Below, in pieces: positions 63,717 through 64,000 of a stretch of DNA of 64,000 nt (its first letter is position 1; every line of letters starts with the position of its first letter). Made by a program: the position numbers and the translations under genes. The DNA comes from Propionibacteriaceae bacterium (GTDB lineage Bacteria > Actinomycetota > Actinomycetes > Propionibacteriales > Propionibacteriaceae): contig JAISCA010000004.1 in assembly GCA_031265875.1 (NCBI GenBank), positions 6,031-70,030 on the forward strand, read 5' to 3'. The notes beneath the pieces were generated by a model that made no database searches, was not told the origin of the DNA, and worked only from the letters and a program-made list of their open reading frames with translations.

Positions 63717-64000
63717 ATGATGACGGACCAGCGAGACCTGCCGGCCCCCCGGCGCGAACGCTTGCTCGAACTGCTACGCCAGCGCGGCTCGGCTCGCGTC
63801 ACCGACCTGGCCAGTTGGCTCGACGTCAACGCCGTCACCGTGCGCCGTGACCTGGCCCGGCTGGAGAGCGACGGTCTGATCGAGCGCACCCACGGCGGCG
63901 CCTCCATCCCGTCCGCCCTCAGCCTGTCCCAGCCCAACCTGGCCGGCGCCGGCCTGATGAACGAGGGCCAGGTGGCCATGCTGGCGCCAGGCCTGGACTT
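63717..64000 (+). CDS. DeoR/GlpR-family transcriptional regulator, N-terminal part (runs off the window)
   Basis: MMTDQRDLPAPRRERLLELLRQRGSARVTDLASWLDVNAVTVRRDLARLESDGLIERTHGGA. This is a typical DeoR wHTH. It starts 13 nt after the heparinase gene stop. Confidence 0.8.
   Translation, partial: MMTDQRDLPAPRRERLLELLRQRGSARVTDLASWLDVNAVTVRRDLARLESDGLIERTHGGASIPSALSLSQPNLAGAGLMNEGQVAMLAPGLD

Noticed and set aside
1-64000. tRNA, rRNA, tmRNA or RNase P genes
   Set aside because: I read through every intergenic gap longer than about 80 nt. None showed a cloverleaf-compatible sequence or conserved rRNA blocks. The only structured RNA I could support is the riboswitch at 51786-51920.

Overview
High-G+C, actinobacterial-type chromosomal segment with about 55 protein genes. 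I saw no rRNA, tRNA, CRISPR array, transposase or integrase. All functional calls come from reading the supplied translations and recalling family motifs; no database search was possible.

Layout:
- 0-3.2 kb: a DsbA-like gene fragment, then pyrR-pyrB-pyrC with GTGA/ATGA overlaps.
- 3.3-5.1 kb: a DUF1684 plus tandem-rhodanese fusion gene on the minus strand.
- 5.4-13 kb: a beta-glucoside-type locus with an FAD oxidoreductase, a CUT1 ABC binding protein, two permeases, a GH1 enzyme and a LacI regulator.
- 13.2-19.1 kb: a cell-surface locus with a PrsA/SurA-like lipoprotein, a 927-aa CBM-like plus beta-helix secreted protein, a WxL-like protein and a DUF916-like protein.
- 19.2-22.1 kb: a MacB-type tripartite exporter (adaptor, ATPase, FtsX permease).
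- 22.1-24.85 kb: a low-G+C islet with four secreted proteins or lipoproteins that have no recognisable domain. This is my best candidate for an undescribed system.
- 24.9-31 kb: a second sugar ABC locus with a ROK regulator and an AGE-family epimerase.
- 31-37.4 kb: housekeeping genes (tandem hotdog thioesterase, acyl-CoA ligase, YbaK-like deacylase, OYE flavoenzyme, EttA).
- 37.6-44.8 kb: an Opp/Dpp-type peptide ABC operon with a fused permease-ATPase, a binding-protein homologue without a signal peptide, and a lipoprotein binding protein.
- 45.1-51.9 kb: an SSB paralogue and two dynamin-like GTPases, then PrsW and TerC behind a yybP-ykoY-type Mn riboswitch.
- 52.2-64 kb: an unsaturated-uronate/glycosaminoglycan-type locus with KduI, KduD, GH88, DUF624, an ABC transporter, DUF2264, a heparinase II/III-like protein and a DeoR regulator.

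Non-coding signals found by eye:
- A 36-nt promoter/operator block present twice (32/36 identical).
- A GATCAT-N6-ATGATC palindrome shared by the two uronate-locus promoter regions.
- Perfect GC-rich hairpins immediately after three binding-protein genes.
- A TAGACCG repeat array.

Many long ORFs in the track are out-of-frame, Arg/Pro/Gly-rich artefacts of the high G+C content and were not called.
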